IMG/VR virus record: IMGVR_UViG_3300031227_000013
Reading direction: 5' to 3' (one strand)
Origin: a virus
DNA: 64,000 bases
Shown one piece after another: positions 18,806 to 27,606 of this stretch. Position 1 is the first letter of the stretch, and each line of letters begins with the position of its first letter. The notes beneath the pieces are model-generated. The model saw only the letters and a program-made list of their open reading frames with translations. It did not search any database and was not told the origin of the DNA. Position numbers and translations under genes: made by a program.

Positions 18806-19582
18806 TTAAACTGTTACGACTTCCGGGAAACAACTTTTAAGTCTTATAATCTCCGGATGCCATTCCAGAATCTTCCCATTATCCAGTGTCATTACAACAA
18901 TACCGAAGTCTACGGTTCCTGAGCATATCATTGCCCCAAAGCGCGTAGCGGGGGCCTGTAGGGCTGGGAGAGTCATTGACAACCAACCCGGGCCGCCTGC
19001 GTATTGATGGTAGTGACAATGTGATCTGACGAAGATATCCGACTTGGGCTGACCGTCCTGTTCCTGCCAAAGTAGATTCTGGACACGGTCTCTAGCTACT
19101 GCTGAATGTCTTCCCCATGGGATACTGGAACTTCCTATAAAATGTTTGATGTCCAGTAACAGCCCTTCCATCCTAACAAACGCATGATCGAATATCTGTG
19201 CTCCGAGTTTGTCTGCGATTATCTGTTCCACATCCTCGCCGGACCCTGTCGCTGTGTGGTACCGGGTTCCTGTAGTCATGACGATCTTTTCCGCGTCCCA
19301 CATCTCGAGGGCAGAGACAGCTATATCGGCCTGCTCGTGTAAATCTGATGTTATTAATTCGTTACCTCCACTTTTATTTCCTTTTCCGTCGCATGCGTCT
19401 CCATTACATATAAGGAGATCAGGCTTCTTATATTTCTTCACCCACCCTTTATAGTACTTCCACATCTCATTTTGCATCTGATTGACTTGAGGGAATCTTT
19501 CAGCCCGTACCATCCATCCCGGGGGAGTTAATCCCGCAAGATGTGCCGCGTGTAAATCACCGAGTAGTACAACTGTCTTCAT
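18806..19582 (-). CDS. Calcineurin-like metallophosphoesterase
   Basis: GDLH, NGDACDG, TGTRYH, KHFIG, RSHCH metal motifs. Confidence 0.8.
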   Translation of the reverse strand: MKTVVLLGDLHAAHLAGLTPPGWMVRAERFPQVNQMQNEMWKYYKGWVKKYKKPDLLICNGDACDGKGNKSGGNELITSDLHEQADIAVSALEMWDAEKIVMTTGTRYHTATGSGEDVEQIIADKLGAQIFDHAFVRMEGLLLDIKHFIGSSSIPWGRHSAVARDRVQNLLWQEQDGQPKSDIFVRSHCHYHQYAGGPGWLSMTLPALQAPATRFGAMICSGTVDFGIVVMTLDNGKILEWHPEIIRLKSCFPEVVTV

Positions 19583-19592
19583 TCTGCTTCTC

Positions 19593-20318
19593 CTATTTAT
19601 TAGAGTCTACTTCAGCCCTGTGTTCACAATTGCCGTTATCACAATCTTCACACTTGACTCCTTCGAATTCTATTTCACTGAGTTCACCGTTAAGCTGCAT
19701 CACTGTCTTTTCAGCGTCCATCAGTGCCATGTCTAATAATATAGCCATGAAATCAAGAATAGCAATCGTTCTTTCTGCATTTGATCGATAAACATCTACT
19801 GAACTACATATCTGTTCGACTACATTTTCTATAATTATAAGATTTTTCTGATGAATATCCCTGTATTTAAAAACAGCTATTTCAGGTATTCCCTGCTTTA
19901 CAGCCTCGTCTTCCCACTTAGCTGTGGTGTTGAATACAAAGTTTTTCCAGAAGTTAAGATACTTTTCTGAATCCAGCTTATCCACTTCCTGTACAACAGC
20001 CTTTTCCTGAGCCTCAGACCGCCATACCTCGAAACATATCCGAAGCATCTTCGTGAATATCTTTCTTCGTAGGGGGCAGTTAACTGAAAACCGGGGAATC
20101 TTGTAATACAGAAGCACACTCATCTTATCGAAGAATATCGCTTTCAAGGGATTCTTACGAGGTCTAAGTCCGGGCCAGTATCTCTCGATAAGCCGGATTA
20201 TTAAATATTTACTTACTTCGTATCCCATGAAGAGTATAAGAGATATACCTATCAGAATAACTACACCTGATAAGCCGAATTTCTGATACATTTCTGGTAA
20301 GGTATGGGCTGGATTCAT
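19593..20318 (-). CDS. Membrane-anchored hypothetical protein
   Basis: N-terminal TM FGLSGVVILIGISLILFMGY; helical soluble remainder. Confidence 0.55.
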   Translation of the reverse strand: MNPAHTLPEMYQKFGLSGVVILIGISLILFMGYEVSKYLIIRLIERYWPGLRPRKNPLKAIFFDKMSVLLYYKIPRFSVNCPLRRKIFTKMLRICFEVWRSEAQEKAVVQEVDKLDSEKYLNFWKNFVFNTTAKWEDEAVKQGIPEIAVFKYRDIHQKNLIIIENVVEQICSSVDVYRSNAERTIAILDFMAILLDMALMDAEKTVMQLNGELSEIEFEGVKCEDCDNGNCEHRAEVDSNK

Positions 20319-20339
20319 TGTATTCCCTTTCTCCGGGTA

Positions 20340-22517
20340 TTATGCGTAGGTTGATCCTGTTTGCCATTTTGAATAAGTAATCCATTCATTAGATATAGAT
20401 AAATCTCCGGCCAGATCATCCCCTGCTTCATTAGCTTCTCTATACACCATGCCCCATACTTCATCCCCCGCTTCTAGATCGGAGATATCCAACCTGTCTG
20501 TAGCAACTACTGTCTGTATTTCATTAGACGTATTTCCGTCGGGTATTGTAACAGTTATTAATTGGGTAGAATCAGGGTTAGTATTAACATATGCATCACC
20601 ATTTTTTATTTTAGCATATGTTAGATGTAGTTTCGCTGTCTGATCAGCTCCGGAAGGTGCTACATCTGTAAACACCTTCGCAGTCCAATCAAGACCGCAA
20701 CTTACATCCATGCCGTCTAATATTGCTGTACGGAAATATATTTTATCCAGATCACCATTTTTAAACAAACTCTTTTTTATCTTTACGAGTAATATATTAG
20801 TTGAGATATTAAGATTTTTAGTATCTGCAGCTGTACCTTCCACCTCAAAAAGTAATATTTGATTATCCTTAGAAGTACGGGCATCTCCGTGATGAGAGAT
20901 AGTTCCGTTATCTCTTATCTCTGTATAGTTACCTTTAAACCGAACAGTTGAAAAATTCATAGAAGTCGTAATAGCTGTAGCTACACGACATCTTACCCAA
21001 TAGCCTGAATCTCCATCTATAATATTTGGTACCCATCCTGTAGCCGAGGCATCACTTTCTGTAACACCTGCAGTTAAAGAACAATCCAATCTAAAAGTAT
21101 ATTTAGTACCATCTATACCTGTGAACTGGTCTACTCTATCACTATAATCACTTATAGTATGCATTATGTCAAATTCCAACCAATCGTTAGGACCCCCGTC
21201 ATAATACTCCCAGACAAGTGTCCCCCCCAGAAGATCCGTATTACCCATTATATATCCCAGCCCGTGAAACTGAAAGGAATCTATATCTCCGAAATAAATA
21301 GCTGCATTCTGAAGAGTACTCGGGAAGTTTATGTTGGCACTGTCTGTTTCATCAGCGTATACAGCCCCTGTAGGGTTATATGTAATAACCTTTGTATTAA
21401 AATTATAAGAACCACCTTCACCAAAGGCACTTTTGTTTCCAATGCCGTCCTGTCCTACTTTTAAATCCTGTAAAACACTAAGTGCATCCAGTGAATGATC
21501 GTGTCCAAATGTATGAACATCTGCACCACTAGCTATAGATGTTTTATCTCTAGTCACTTCAATAGAACACCCATCAAAAATAGCTGTAGCGGATTCAATC
21601 AGTAAATCGTACGTTCCGGAGTTAGCTGTTTTTGAATTATATATTGTAAGGTCTGTAGCTCCGGTACTTCCAATTCTTATTGAATTTGTAAAGCCACTGA
21701 TTGTCATACTTGAGCAACCGAATGTACATCCATTATCACAATACAGCCCGTTTGTACCTGTAGCTATTAAATATGCTCCGTCGATATTACCACTGGAATT
21801 AGCACCCTCTATCTTAAAAACTGTTGTTATTGACGGAGTGTTCACACCTTCCGTATTGAACAATGAAATAGTTCCTGCCTGAACATGCACTCCTGTTGTA
21901 ATAGAGCCAACTACCGGAGTAGTGAAAAATGTAAGATCGTGTGAAGTAATACCACCTGTTATACTATTTAATCCAACACCTGTCTGGCAATCCTGAATTG
22001 TACATCTATTTATATTAGCCGCTCCTACTGCTCCAGCCATATATAAAGCAGTTGCACCGGTACAACCGGAGAAGGTAATATCATCAACACTTGCTAATAC
22101 TGCCAGATTCAAAATATTACTATTAACATTCTGAGCAACAACTTTAACAGTATATGCCCCACCTATTCCACGTATATCGACATAACTTTTACATGTAATA
22201 GGATTGTCCTCGGTAAATACTCCGGGACCAACTAAAATAGTATATCTATGAGTTGTATCGTTATCCGTGATCTGGCTTAATGCATATTTAATACTCGCAT
22301 ATGATTTTTCCGAAGTGCCGTCTCCTGTAGAATCGCTACCCGCTGTAGTTACCCAGACAACATTCCCGAGTTGTGGGGAAACGTTAGCCCTGAGGTCGGT
22401 TGCTGACATTTTTGCATCCAGAAAGGTACCTCCCCCTTCGTCTGTGGAGACATATACCAGATCTGTATTTCCGAGGGTTGATTCGGAATCCATATCTTTT
22501 ACTAATGTATTACTCAT
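20340..22517 (-). CDS. Tailspike/fibre-like protein with pectin-lyase-like beta-helix
   Basis: VWVTTAGSDSTGDGT..YASIKYAL, TILVGPGVFTE, beta-helix-like Asn/Gly/Thr-rich repeats. Confidence 0.7.
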   Translation of the reverse strand: MSNTLVKDMDSESTLGNTDLVYVSTDEGGGTFLDAKMSATDLRANVSPQLGNVVWVTTAGSDSTGDGTSEKSYASIKYALSQITDNDTTHRYTILVGPGVFTEDNPITCKSYVDIRGIGGAYTVKVVAQNVNSNILNLAVLASVDDITFSGCTGATALYMAGAVGAANINRCTIQDCQTGVGLNSITGGITSHDLTFFTTPVVGSITTGVHVQAGTISLFNTEGVNTPSITTVFKIEGANSSGNIDGAYLIATGTNGLYCDNGCTFGCSSMTISGFTNSIRIGSTGATDLTIYNSKTANSGTYDLLIESATAIFDGCSIEVTRDKTSIASGADVHTFGHDHSLDALSVLQDLKVGQDGIGNKSAFGEGGSYNFNTKVITYNPTGAVYADETDSANINFPSTLQNAAIYFGDIDSFQFHGLGYIMGNTDLLGGTLVWEYYDGGPNDWLEFDIMHTISDYSDRVDQFTGIDGTKYTFRLDCSLTAGVTESDASATGWVPNIIDGDSGYWVRCRVATAITTSMNFSTVRFKGNYTEIRDNGTISHHGDARTSKDNQILLFEVEGTAADTKNLNISTNILLVKIKKSLFKNGDLDKIYFRTAILDGMDVSCGLDWTAKVFTDVAPSGADQTAKLHLTYAKIKNGDAYVNTNPDSTQLITVTIPDGNTSNEIQTVVATDRLDISDLEAGDEVWGMVYREANEAGDDLAGDLSISNEWITYSKWQTGSTYA

Positions 22518-22532
22518 TTCTATATCCTTTTA

Positions 22533-23255
22533 TTAAGATGTACTCGAACTGGTTATATCTTCCGAGGAAGTACTTAGTGTATCCTCGTTGTTGAGTTTAA
22601 GAAAACCTCCGGCATTAATCAGTAAAGATCCTCCGGCATTCAAACCTAAAACAGCATCGAATTCGCTGGAGCTGCTTGAGTCGCTGGAACTGGTAGTCCT
22701 TGCTTCTGTACTGCTTGAAGAACTCTGACTGCTTGAAGAACTGCTTGACGAGTTAGAACTACTGCTTGAACTCGAACTGGTGGTTAATACTTCTGTACTG
22801 CTGGAACTACTGGAATTACTTGAAGAACTTGTAGTTAATACTTCCGTACTGCTTGAACTGTTTGAACTTGAACTGGTGGTTAACTCTTCCGTACTGCTTG
22901 AAGAGCTTGAACTTGATGACTTGTTTACTGTACTGCTTGAAGAACTTGTCGTCATTACTTCTGTACTGCTGGAGCTGCTGGAGCTTGTCGTCATGGCTTC
23001 TGTACTGCTGGAGCTGCTGGAACTGCTGGAACTGGAGCTGCTGGAGCTTGAATTGCTGGAACTGCTTGTGTTTGAGCTGCTGGAATTACTTGAGCTTGAG
23101 CTACTGGAGTTACTGGAAGAAGTCGTCAGAACTTCCGTACTGCTGGAAGAACTTGAAGACTGAGTCGCAGGGGGTGGGATAAACTCTACAAAATTGTAGA
23201 TTCCCCAGCCCCGTCCTCCCTGATAAATATCCACATTCGGATTGAGAATAGGCAT
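22533..23255 (-). CDS. Mostly poly-Ser protein
   Basis: Ser tracts punctuated by TE(V/A/E)(L/M)TT units, same units as 11823-17456. Confidence 0.75.
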   Translation of the reverse strand: MPILNPNVDIYQGGRGWGIYNFVEFIPPPATQSSSSSSSTEVLTTSSSNSSSSSSSNSSSSNTSSSSNSSSSSSSSSSSSSSSSTEAMTTSSSSSSSTEVMTTSSSSSTVNKSSSSSSSSSTEELTTSSSSNSSSSTEVLTTSSSSNSSSSSSTEVLTTSSSSSSSSNSSSSSSSSQSSSSSTEARTTSSSDSSSSSEFDAVLGLNAGGSLLINAGGFLKLNNEDTLSTSSEDITSSSTS

Positions 23256-23274
23256 TTAGTAACTCCGTAGAAGA

Positions 23275-23571
23275 TTAACGGCCTTCCTGTATACAGGCGT
23301 TAGCATTACCCGCTCCGCCGTGAATAGCATATATAGGCCCTGTAAAGAGATTCGTATAGTTTATCTCGTAAGAGCCTCCGCCCGCGTTCAGACGTATCCC
23401 GCTGTTAAGAACAGCCGGAGCATTCAGAGCAATATACATTGTAACAGCACTGTCGTTCTGAATAAGGCAATAACCCCTGTTGAGATTATTAGCAACTATC
23501 TCCGTACTGACAATAGTGACAGCCGCGTGTGAAGGAGTCCCGCCTGTATGTCTTTCTAAAGTTAAAGCCAT
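23275..23571 (-). CDS. Small beta-rich putative virion protein
   Basis: NRGYCLIQND..MYIAL..GIRLNAGGGSYE..TGPIYAI pattern; GGAA RBS region. Confidence 0.55.
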   Translation of the reverse strand: MALTLERHTGGTPSHAAVTIVSTEIVANNLNRGYCLIQNDSAVTMYIALNAPAVLNSGIRLNAGGGSYEINYTNLFTGPIYAIHGGAGNANACIQEGR

Positions 23572-23602
23572 TTTCTATATTCCTTATAATACTGGTTATA
23601 TT

Positions 23603-24409
23603 TTATTCGGCACACGGAGAAGATTCTTCTTCGGTACTTGAGGATGTACTTTCGTCGACAACATCTTCGTCGTCTCCGCCCCATAAAAAGTCGCTGACAC
23701 TCTCCGCTTTAGGAAGATCGTTCTTTAAAACTTCCCCTGTAAAAGGATCGAGAGCTTGTGACTTGTTGTCTTCGATACTTCCGTCTACCAGCCCTTTTCC
23801 GAGGATATTGATTTCCTCGTCCCGGTCGATAAAGTCAGGTTCTTTGTATACTTCTACTTCGATGGGTATGTCTTTCGGAATATCGTCGCTTTGGATATTA
23901 GCAATGTCGAATACTTCGTCGACAATACTTCTATCAGATTTTTTTTCTTTCGGCATAGGAGTCGGAGCGATAGATAGATCCGCATCTCTAATAGGCTCTG
24001 CAGGTATACGAGGAAGTTCTTCGTTCTGAATCTCTGAGAAAGTACCCTTAGGTGCCGTAACTCTGGTAGGCTCTTCGTCGGGAGGAAGCTCTTCGTCTTC
24101 TTTGATATTCCTCGACATAGGTACAGGGGGTTTCGGGGCTGGTTTAGGTTTCACTACTTTTGGGGCTGGTTTGACAGCCTCCTCGATGCTCTCGACCTGG
24201 AGGTCTGTGAGCATAATAATCTCGACCCTCTTCGTCCTGATATCTTCGTCGATACATTTCCTATCCTTAACAACACTGGCTGATAAGGTGTAAATATCTC
24301 CGTCGATAATGACTTCGTCTTTAGCCGCGATATACAGCCCGTACTTAGGAACCCAGCTGTAATGCTGTTTACTATCCGTTGGATTAATAATTTTCGTCTG
24401 CACAATCAT
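23603..24409 (-). CDS. Acidic, Pro-rich hypothetical protein
   Basis: Long ORF with RBS (CAGGAAAAAAC) and upstream sigma70-like TTGTAA-N17-TATATT. Confidence 0.6.
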   Translation of the reverse strand: MIVQTKIINPTDSKQHYSWVPKYGLYIAAKDEVIIDGDIYTLSASVVKDRKCIDEDIRTKRVEIIMLTDLQVESIEEAVKPAPKVVKPKPAPKPPVPMSRNIKEDEELPPDEEPTRVTAPKGTFSEIQNEELPRIPAEPIRDADLSIAPTPMPKEKKSDRSIVDEVFDIANIQSDDIPKDIPIEVEVYKEPDFIDRDEEINILGKGLVDGSIEDNKSQALDPFTGEVLKNDLPKAESVSDFLWGGDDEDVVDESTSSSTEEESSPCAE

Positions 24410-24484
24410 GTTTTTCCTGCTCCTGATTTAAATTTGGTTTATCTAATTAATATAGCTATTTTATCAAGTGTTTACAACTATTGT

Positions 24485-24886
24485 CTAAGAAGAAGTTGCA
24501 GTCTTCTTGAGGGCTCTATCTTTGAGTATGATCTTATACAGTCTGCGTATAACACGATGTATCTCGGACTCCAGCATAGATTCATTAAAAGTACGATCTC
24601 TGGCAAGTACATCTATAGGGCCTAGTAAAGCATGTGCTATCTCCTCAAAAGCCGCGTTCTTAAGCATAGCATCTGTGACCTTAGAGTTCCCCCAGTTTTT
24701 ATTAAGAGTAACATTAGCCACAGCATCTAAATATCCATAAACACATGTAGCCATATCATCAGCCTCTTCACCGGACATCACTTCGTGAAAATAAAAAAAT
24801 TCTATGTCCGATAGACTAAAATAATTCACCCAGTGTTCACAATAACCGATAAACTTCTTAAAAGATTCCTCTGTTGTAACGTTCAT
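24485..24886 (-). CDS. Hypothetical protein with EEIAH (HExxH-like) motif; start corrected to MNVTTEE
   Basis: GGAGG RBS before 24886; the longer track ORF reads through the tRNA. Confidence 0.6.
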   Translation of the reverse strand: MNVTTEESFKKFIGYCEHWVNYFSLSDIEFFYFHEVMSGEEADDMATCVYGYLDAVANVTLNKNWGNSKVTDAMLKNAAFEEIAHALLGPIDVLARDRTFNESMLESEIHRVIRRLYKIILKDRALKKTATSS

Positions 24887-24920
24887 ATAAACCTCCTGTA
24901 ATATATTGCGAATTAAAAAT

Positions 24921-24997
24921 TGGAAGCGCAGACGGGACTTGAACCCGCAAACTCCAGGATGAAAACCTGGTGACTCTACCAATTCGTCTACTGCGCC
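24921..24997 (-). tRNA. trnE: tRNA-Glu (anticodon TTC) with encoded CCA
   Basis: Cloverleaf GGCGCAG/CTGCGCT, D-arm GAC..TGGTA..GTC, CCAGG-TTTTCAT-CCTGG, GCGGG-TTCAAGT-CCCGT, CCA. Confidence 0.95.
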
Positions 24998-25260
24998 ATA
25001 TTAAATTCTTTACCCAGAGCATCTATCACTACTCCTACTTCGCCTTTACCATCCGTAAAGGTTCCATCCCAGCAGCAGTAATCTCCACACCAGACATTAG
25101 CATATAGAACTTCTTTTAATATCTCGTGTGTTATTTCCGGATAATCTTTCTTCACTATTCCCAGGAGTTCGTCTTTTACCTCCTGAATAGGTCGTCCGTT
25201 ATATTCATCCTTATGTCTTAAAGAATGATAATAACCGAGTAATGCGTTAGATAAGTACAT
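24988..25260 (-). CDS. Hypothetical protein
   Basis: 90-aa ORF preceded by TTGAAT-N16-TATATT; its stop overlaps the tRNA 5' end. Confidence 0.5.
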   Translation of the reverse strand: MYLSNALLGYYHSLRHKDEYNGRPIQEVKDELLGIVKKDYPEITHEILKEVLYANVWCGDYCCWDGTFTDGKGEVGVVIDALGKEFNMAQ

Positions 25261-25334
25261 ATATTTAATATAGTATGGAAGGTTTATTATTCAAGTTGTT
25301 ATTCTATATATTTACATCTGAATTGTGTTATAGC

Positions 25335-25359
25335 TAAAAAAGTGGGATTAATCCCACTT
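25335..25359 (-). terminator. Intrinsic terminator
   Basis: Perfect hairpin AAGTGGGATTAATCCCACTT followed by T-run on minus strand. Confidence 0.75.
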
Positions 25360-25647
25360 CTTCCAATCCTCTCCGGAAAGATGTTCTTTACCCGGAAAAC
25401 GTTGTAATATTCTTCCTTCCTGGAAAAGACGGTTAAATACTTCTTCCGCCTTCTCTGGAAAGTCTTTCCAGTACACCTTCTTGTACTGGTCGATAACTTT
25501 CTGCCAGTTCTCACGTACCTGTGGATCTACCACAGAGGTGTTTCCCTCTATGTGATTCACTTCGTTAATGAGAACTTCTTCTTTACAGATATCTCCGATA
25601 CAAAAGCTTATCGAATGACCGACCTTCATTGGAATTTGAACTCCCAT
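25348..25647 (-). CDS. Hypothetical protein
   Basis: ORF with GGAGAGGAAG RBS. Confidence 0.6.
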   Translation of the reverse strand: MGVQIPMKVGHSISFCIGDICKEEVLINEVNHIEGNTSVVDPQVRENWQKVIDQYKKVYWKDFPEKAEEVFNRLFQEGRILQRFPGKEHLSGEDWKKWD

Positions 25648-25661
25648 GCTTCCTCTCCTTT

Positions 25662-26087
25662 TTATTTTAATCTGTATGGTTGATATGAATTAAGAAAGAT
25701 TCCATCGGTTTGTGCATTATGTGGTCTCCACCATTGTTCAGGACCACCCCAATACATTTCTACATTCGTAAAATCCTTCTTAAATTCTTTCTTTATTTCT
25801 TTGCGTTCCTTGTCTGACATAAGCCCTAAAGGAATAATAGCATTAGACTTAACTTTGTCAGATACTAATTTAAGTTTGTGAGACCAGTATGCCTGATAAT
25901 CCAGGAAATAGTACTCAGACCAATGATATACCGGTACACTCTCCTTATCCCTCCAGGACTCATTTATTAATATCATCCATCCTATATCATCGTCCTCATA
26001 TCTCTGAACGTGTCCTGCTTTTATTATCTCTTTATGCTCTTCACTGGACATCTTTCCCCAGACTACTCCTTTGCTATGTCTGTCCAT
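25662..26087 (-). CDS. Hypothetical protein
   Basis: ORF with GGAGAGAGG RBS. Confidence 0.6.
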   Translation of the reverse strand: MDRHSKGVVWGKMSSEEHKEIIKAGHVQRYEDDDIGWMILINESWRDKESVPVYHWSEYYFLDYQAYWSHKLKLVSDKVKSNAIIPLGLMSDKERKEIKKEFKKDFTNVEMYWGGPEQWWRPHNAQTDGIFLNSYQPYRLK

Positions 26088-26400
26088 ACTTCCTCTCTCC
26101 CTTTTTAAGGGTTTTCAACTCCCTTTTGACAGTGGTTAGTTCCCTAGACATCTTCTCCACTATTAATTTGGTATGCTGAATCTCTCTATTTTTTTCTATG
26201 ATTTTCACAAGACTTTCACAGCCCTGTTCATCTAATGGGGTACCATATTCCACTGAGATGGGGACTATGCTTATGAGCTCGTCTGTACTAGCTAATCTAT
26301 TATCTACCTCATCGCTCTGTTCATCTCTGTAGACATAGACCTTGTGTATTCGGTTTAGAATAATATCTTCGAACTTAAACATGTAACCTTTTCTAATCAT
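26074..26400 (-). CDS. Hypothetical protein with C-terminal coiled coil; start corrected to MIRKGY
   Basis: GGAG RBS before 26400. Confidence 0.55.
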   Translation of the reverse strand: MIRKGYMFKFEDIILNRIHKVYVYRDEQSDEVDNRLASTDELISIVPISVEYGTPLDEQGCESLVKIIEKNREIQHTKLIVEKMSRELTTVKRELKTLKKGERKYGQT

Positions 26401-26416
26401 ACTTCTTCTCCTTTTT

Positions 26417-27127
26417 TTAAATACATCCGCCACAACATGTATAATCACAGTTATGACATCCTCCATTTGTGTACTCATCCATATCACCACCGTCGTCTAC
26501 TGCTTTACCCATCTGACCCCCACAATTTGGACAGCACTGGGTGTCACAAGCAGGACAACTAGATGGGCACGGGCCTGAATATCTAGACAGCGGTACAACA
26601 GTTTTACTACCCCACTTATGGCCACAGTACCAGCACTCTAAAGTACTCATATTATATTTTTTTATAGGTTTGGACCTTGAAAAAGCTCCATATTTCTTTA
26701 CCAGAAATATATTGCTGCCGTCCTGTACTACAGAATCCAAATCTACTTCAGCCCCGTTAAGCTTTAAAATAAACGCCCCCGAAGTATATAAATGATGTAC
26801 CTCGGCTATTATCAAGATATCAAGCATAGATGTTCCTTTTTTAACATTTATATATGATAACTCTCCGGGAACCTGGCCTATTGCAATATTCATCATAGCC
26901 AGTCTATTAGCTACTGAATAATTAGCTTTAGTTTTGCTTACGCTGCTTGAATCGATGGTGCTTGGCTTAGGTTTACTTGTCTGTGTTAATGGACTTGATT
27001 TGCCTGTGCGGGCTGTGCTCTTTTTTGTAGCTACAGACTTAGAGAAACCTTTTAAGTTTGTAGTATCATAATATTCATTAGGGTCAATAGATGACCCGAA
27101 TAACCAACTCATTATTGTCTTTATCAT
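26417..27127 (-). CDS. Protein with central ubiquitin-like (MoaD/ThiS-like beta-grasp) domain and Cys-rich C-terminus
   Basis: IGQVPG..KGTSMLDIL..LKLNGAEVDLDSVVQDGSNIFLVKKYGA; then CWYC, CPSSCPAC, CCPNC, CHNC. Confidence 0.55.
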   Translation of the reverse strand: MIKTIMSWLFGSSIDPNEYYDTTNLKGFSKSVATKKSTARTGKSSPLTQTSKPKPSTIDSSSVSKTKANYSVANRLAMMNIAIGQVPGELSYINVKKGTSMLDILIIAEVHHLYTSGAFILKLNGAEVDLDSVVQDGSNIFLVKKYGAFSRSKPIKKYNMSTLECWYCGHKWGSKTVVPLSRYSGPCPSSCPACDTQCCPNCGGQMGKAVDDGGDMDEYTNGGCHNCDYTCCGGCI

Positions 27128-27147
27128 AATTCCCCACTTATTTAATG

Positions 27148-27175
27148 GTTATATATTTCTAGTATATAATGCCAA
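27148..27175 (-). promoter_or_regulatory. Conserved promoter-like motif, copy 1 (TTGGCATTATATACTAGAAATATATAAC)
   Basis: Near-identical to 45036-45063 and 61019-61046; each lies just upstream of an accessory gene block. Confidence 0.7.
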
Positions 27176-27198
27176 GAAAGGGAGCTTTATTAAGTAGC

Positions 27199-27222
27199 TA
27201 AAAGAAGGGGATTAATCCTTCT
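27199..27222 (-). terminator. Intrinsic terminator closing the putative ncRNA
   Basis: AGAAGG-ATTAATCC-CCTTCT hairpin plus TTTT on minus strand. Confidence 0.65.
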
Positions 27223-27540
27223 AAGTGGGAGCCACTCTCTACCACAGAGCACCTATCTCCCCGCTCATCCATACTGCACTCCCTTAGTGGGATACAGTGC
27301 ATCCTGGATTGGTAAATTCCAGGAGGTCCCATTTTAAGGTGGGCATCTCAGTGTCAGGAAAGATTCTTTCCCTTTTTATACCTCACTAAAGGCAACCCGA
27401 TAGAACCCACCAGGCAAGAGTTCCCCTATGCTTTTCAAGACAATTCAGCATAGGAACGGCGACAGATTACTTATTGTCCCCTGTGATATCTGTCTAATGT
27501 TTTCACTAGGAAAACTTACTACTTTCACAGGTGAGGTATA
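27223..27540 (-). ncRNA. Putative large structured noncoding RNA (about 320 nt), family unassigned
   Basis: ORF-free; 10-bp closing helix 27377-27386/27531-27540; at least 7 hairpins; GAAA tetraloop; complementary loops; flanked by promoter-like motif and terminator. Confidence 0.65.
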
Positions 27541-27545
27541 ATCCT

Positions 27546-27562
27546 CTAGTATATACTGACAA
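27546..27562 (-). promoter_or_regulatory. Variant copy of the conserved promoter motif (TTGTCAGTATATACTAG) upstream of the putative ncRNA
   Basis: Matches TTGGCATTATATACTAG at 15 of 17 positions. Confidence 0.5.
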
Positions 27563-27606
27563 AAAAACGCGATAAATTAAGCATATTCAGGCATGCTGAA
27601 AAGGCG

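Noticed and set aside
10847-23182. Plus-strand Leu/Glu-rich ORFs (10847-11443, 12445-12762, 16840-17217, 22780-23163 and similar)
   Set aside because: Antisense shadows of the poly-Ser codons, with no RBS or domain content
24887-24982. N-terminal extension of track ORF 24485-24982
   Set aside because: It is a translation of the tRNA; a GGAGG RBS supports the start at 24886
27330-27360. Hammerhead ribozyme core in the structured RNA
   Set aside because: CTGAGAT does not fit CUGANGA and no correctly placed GAAA/stem arrangement was found
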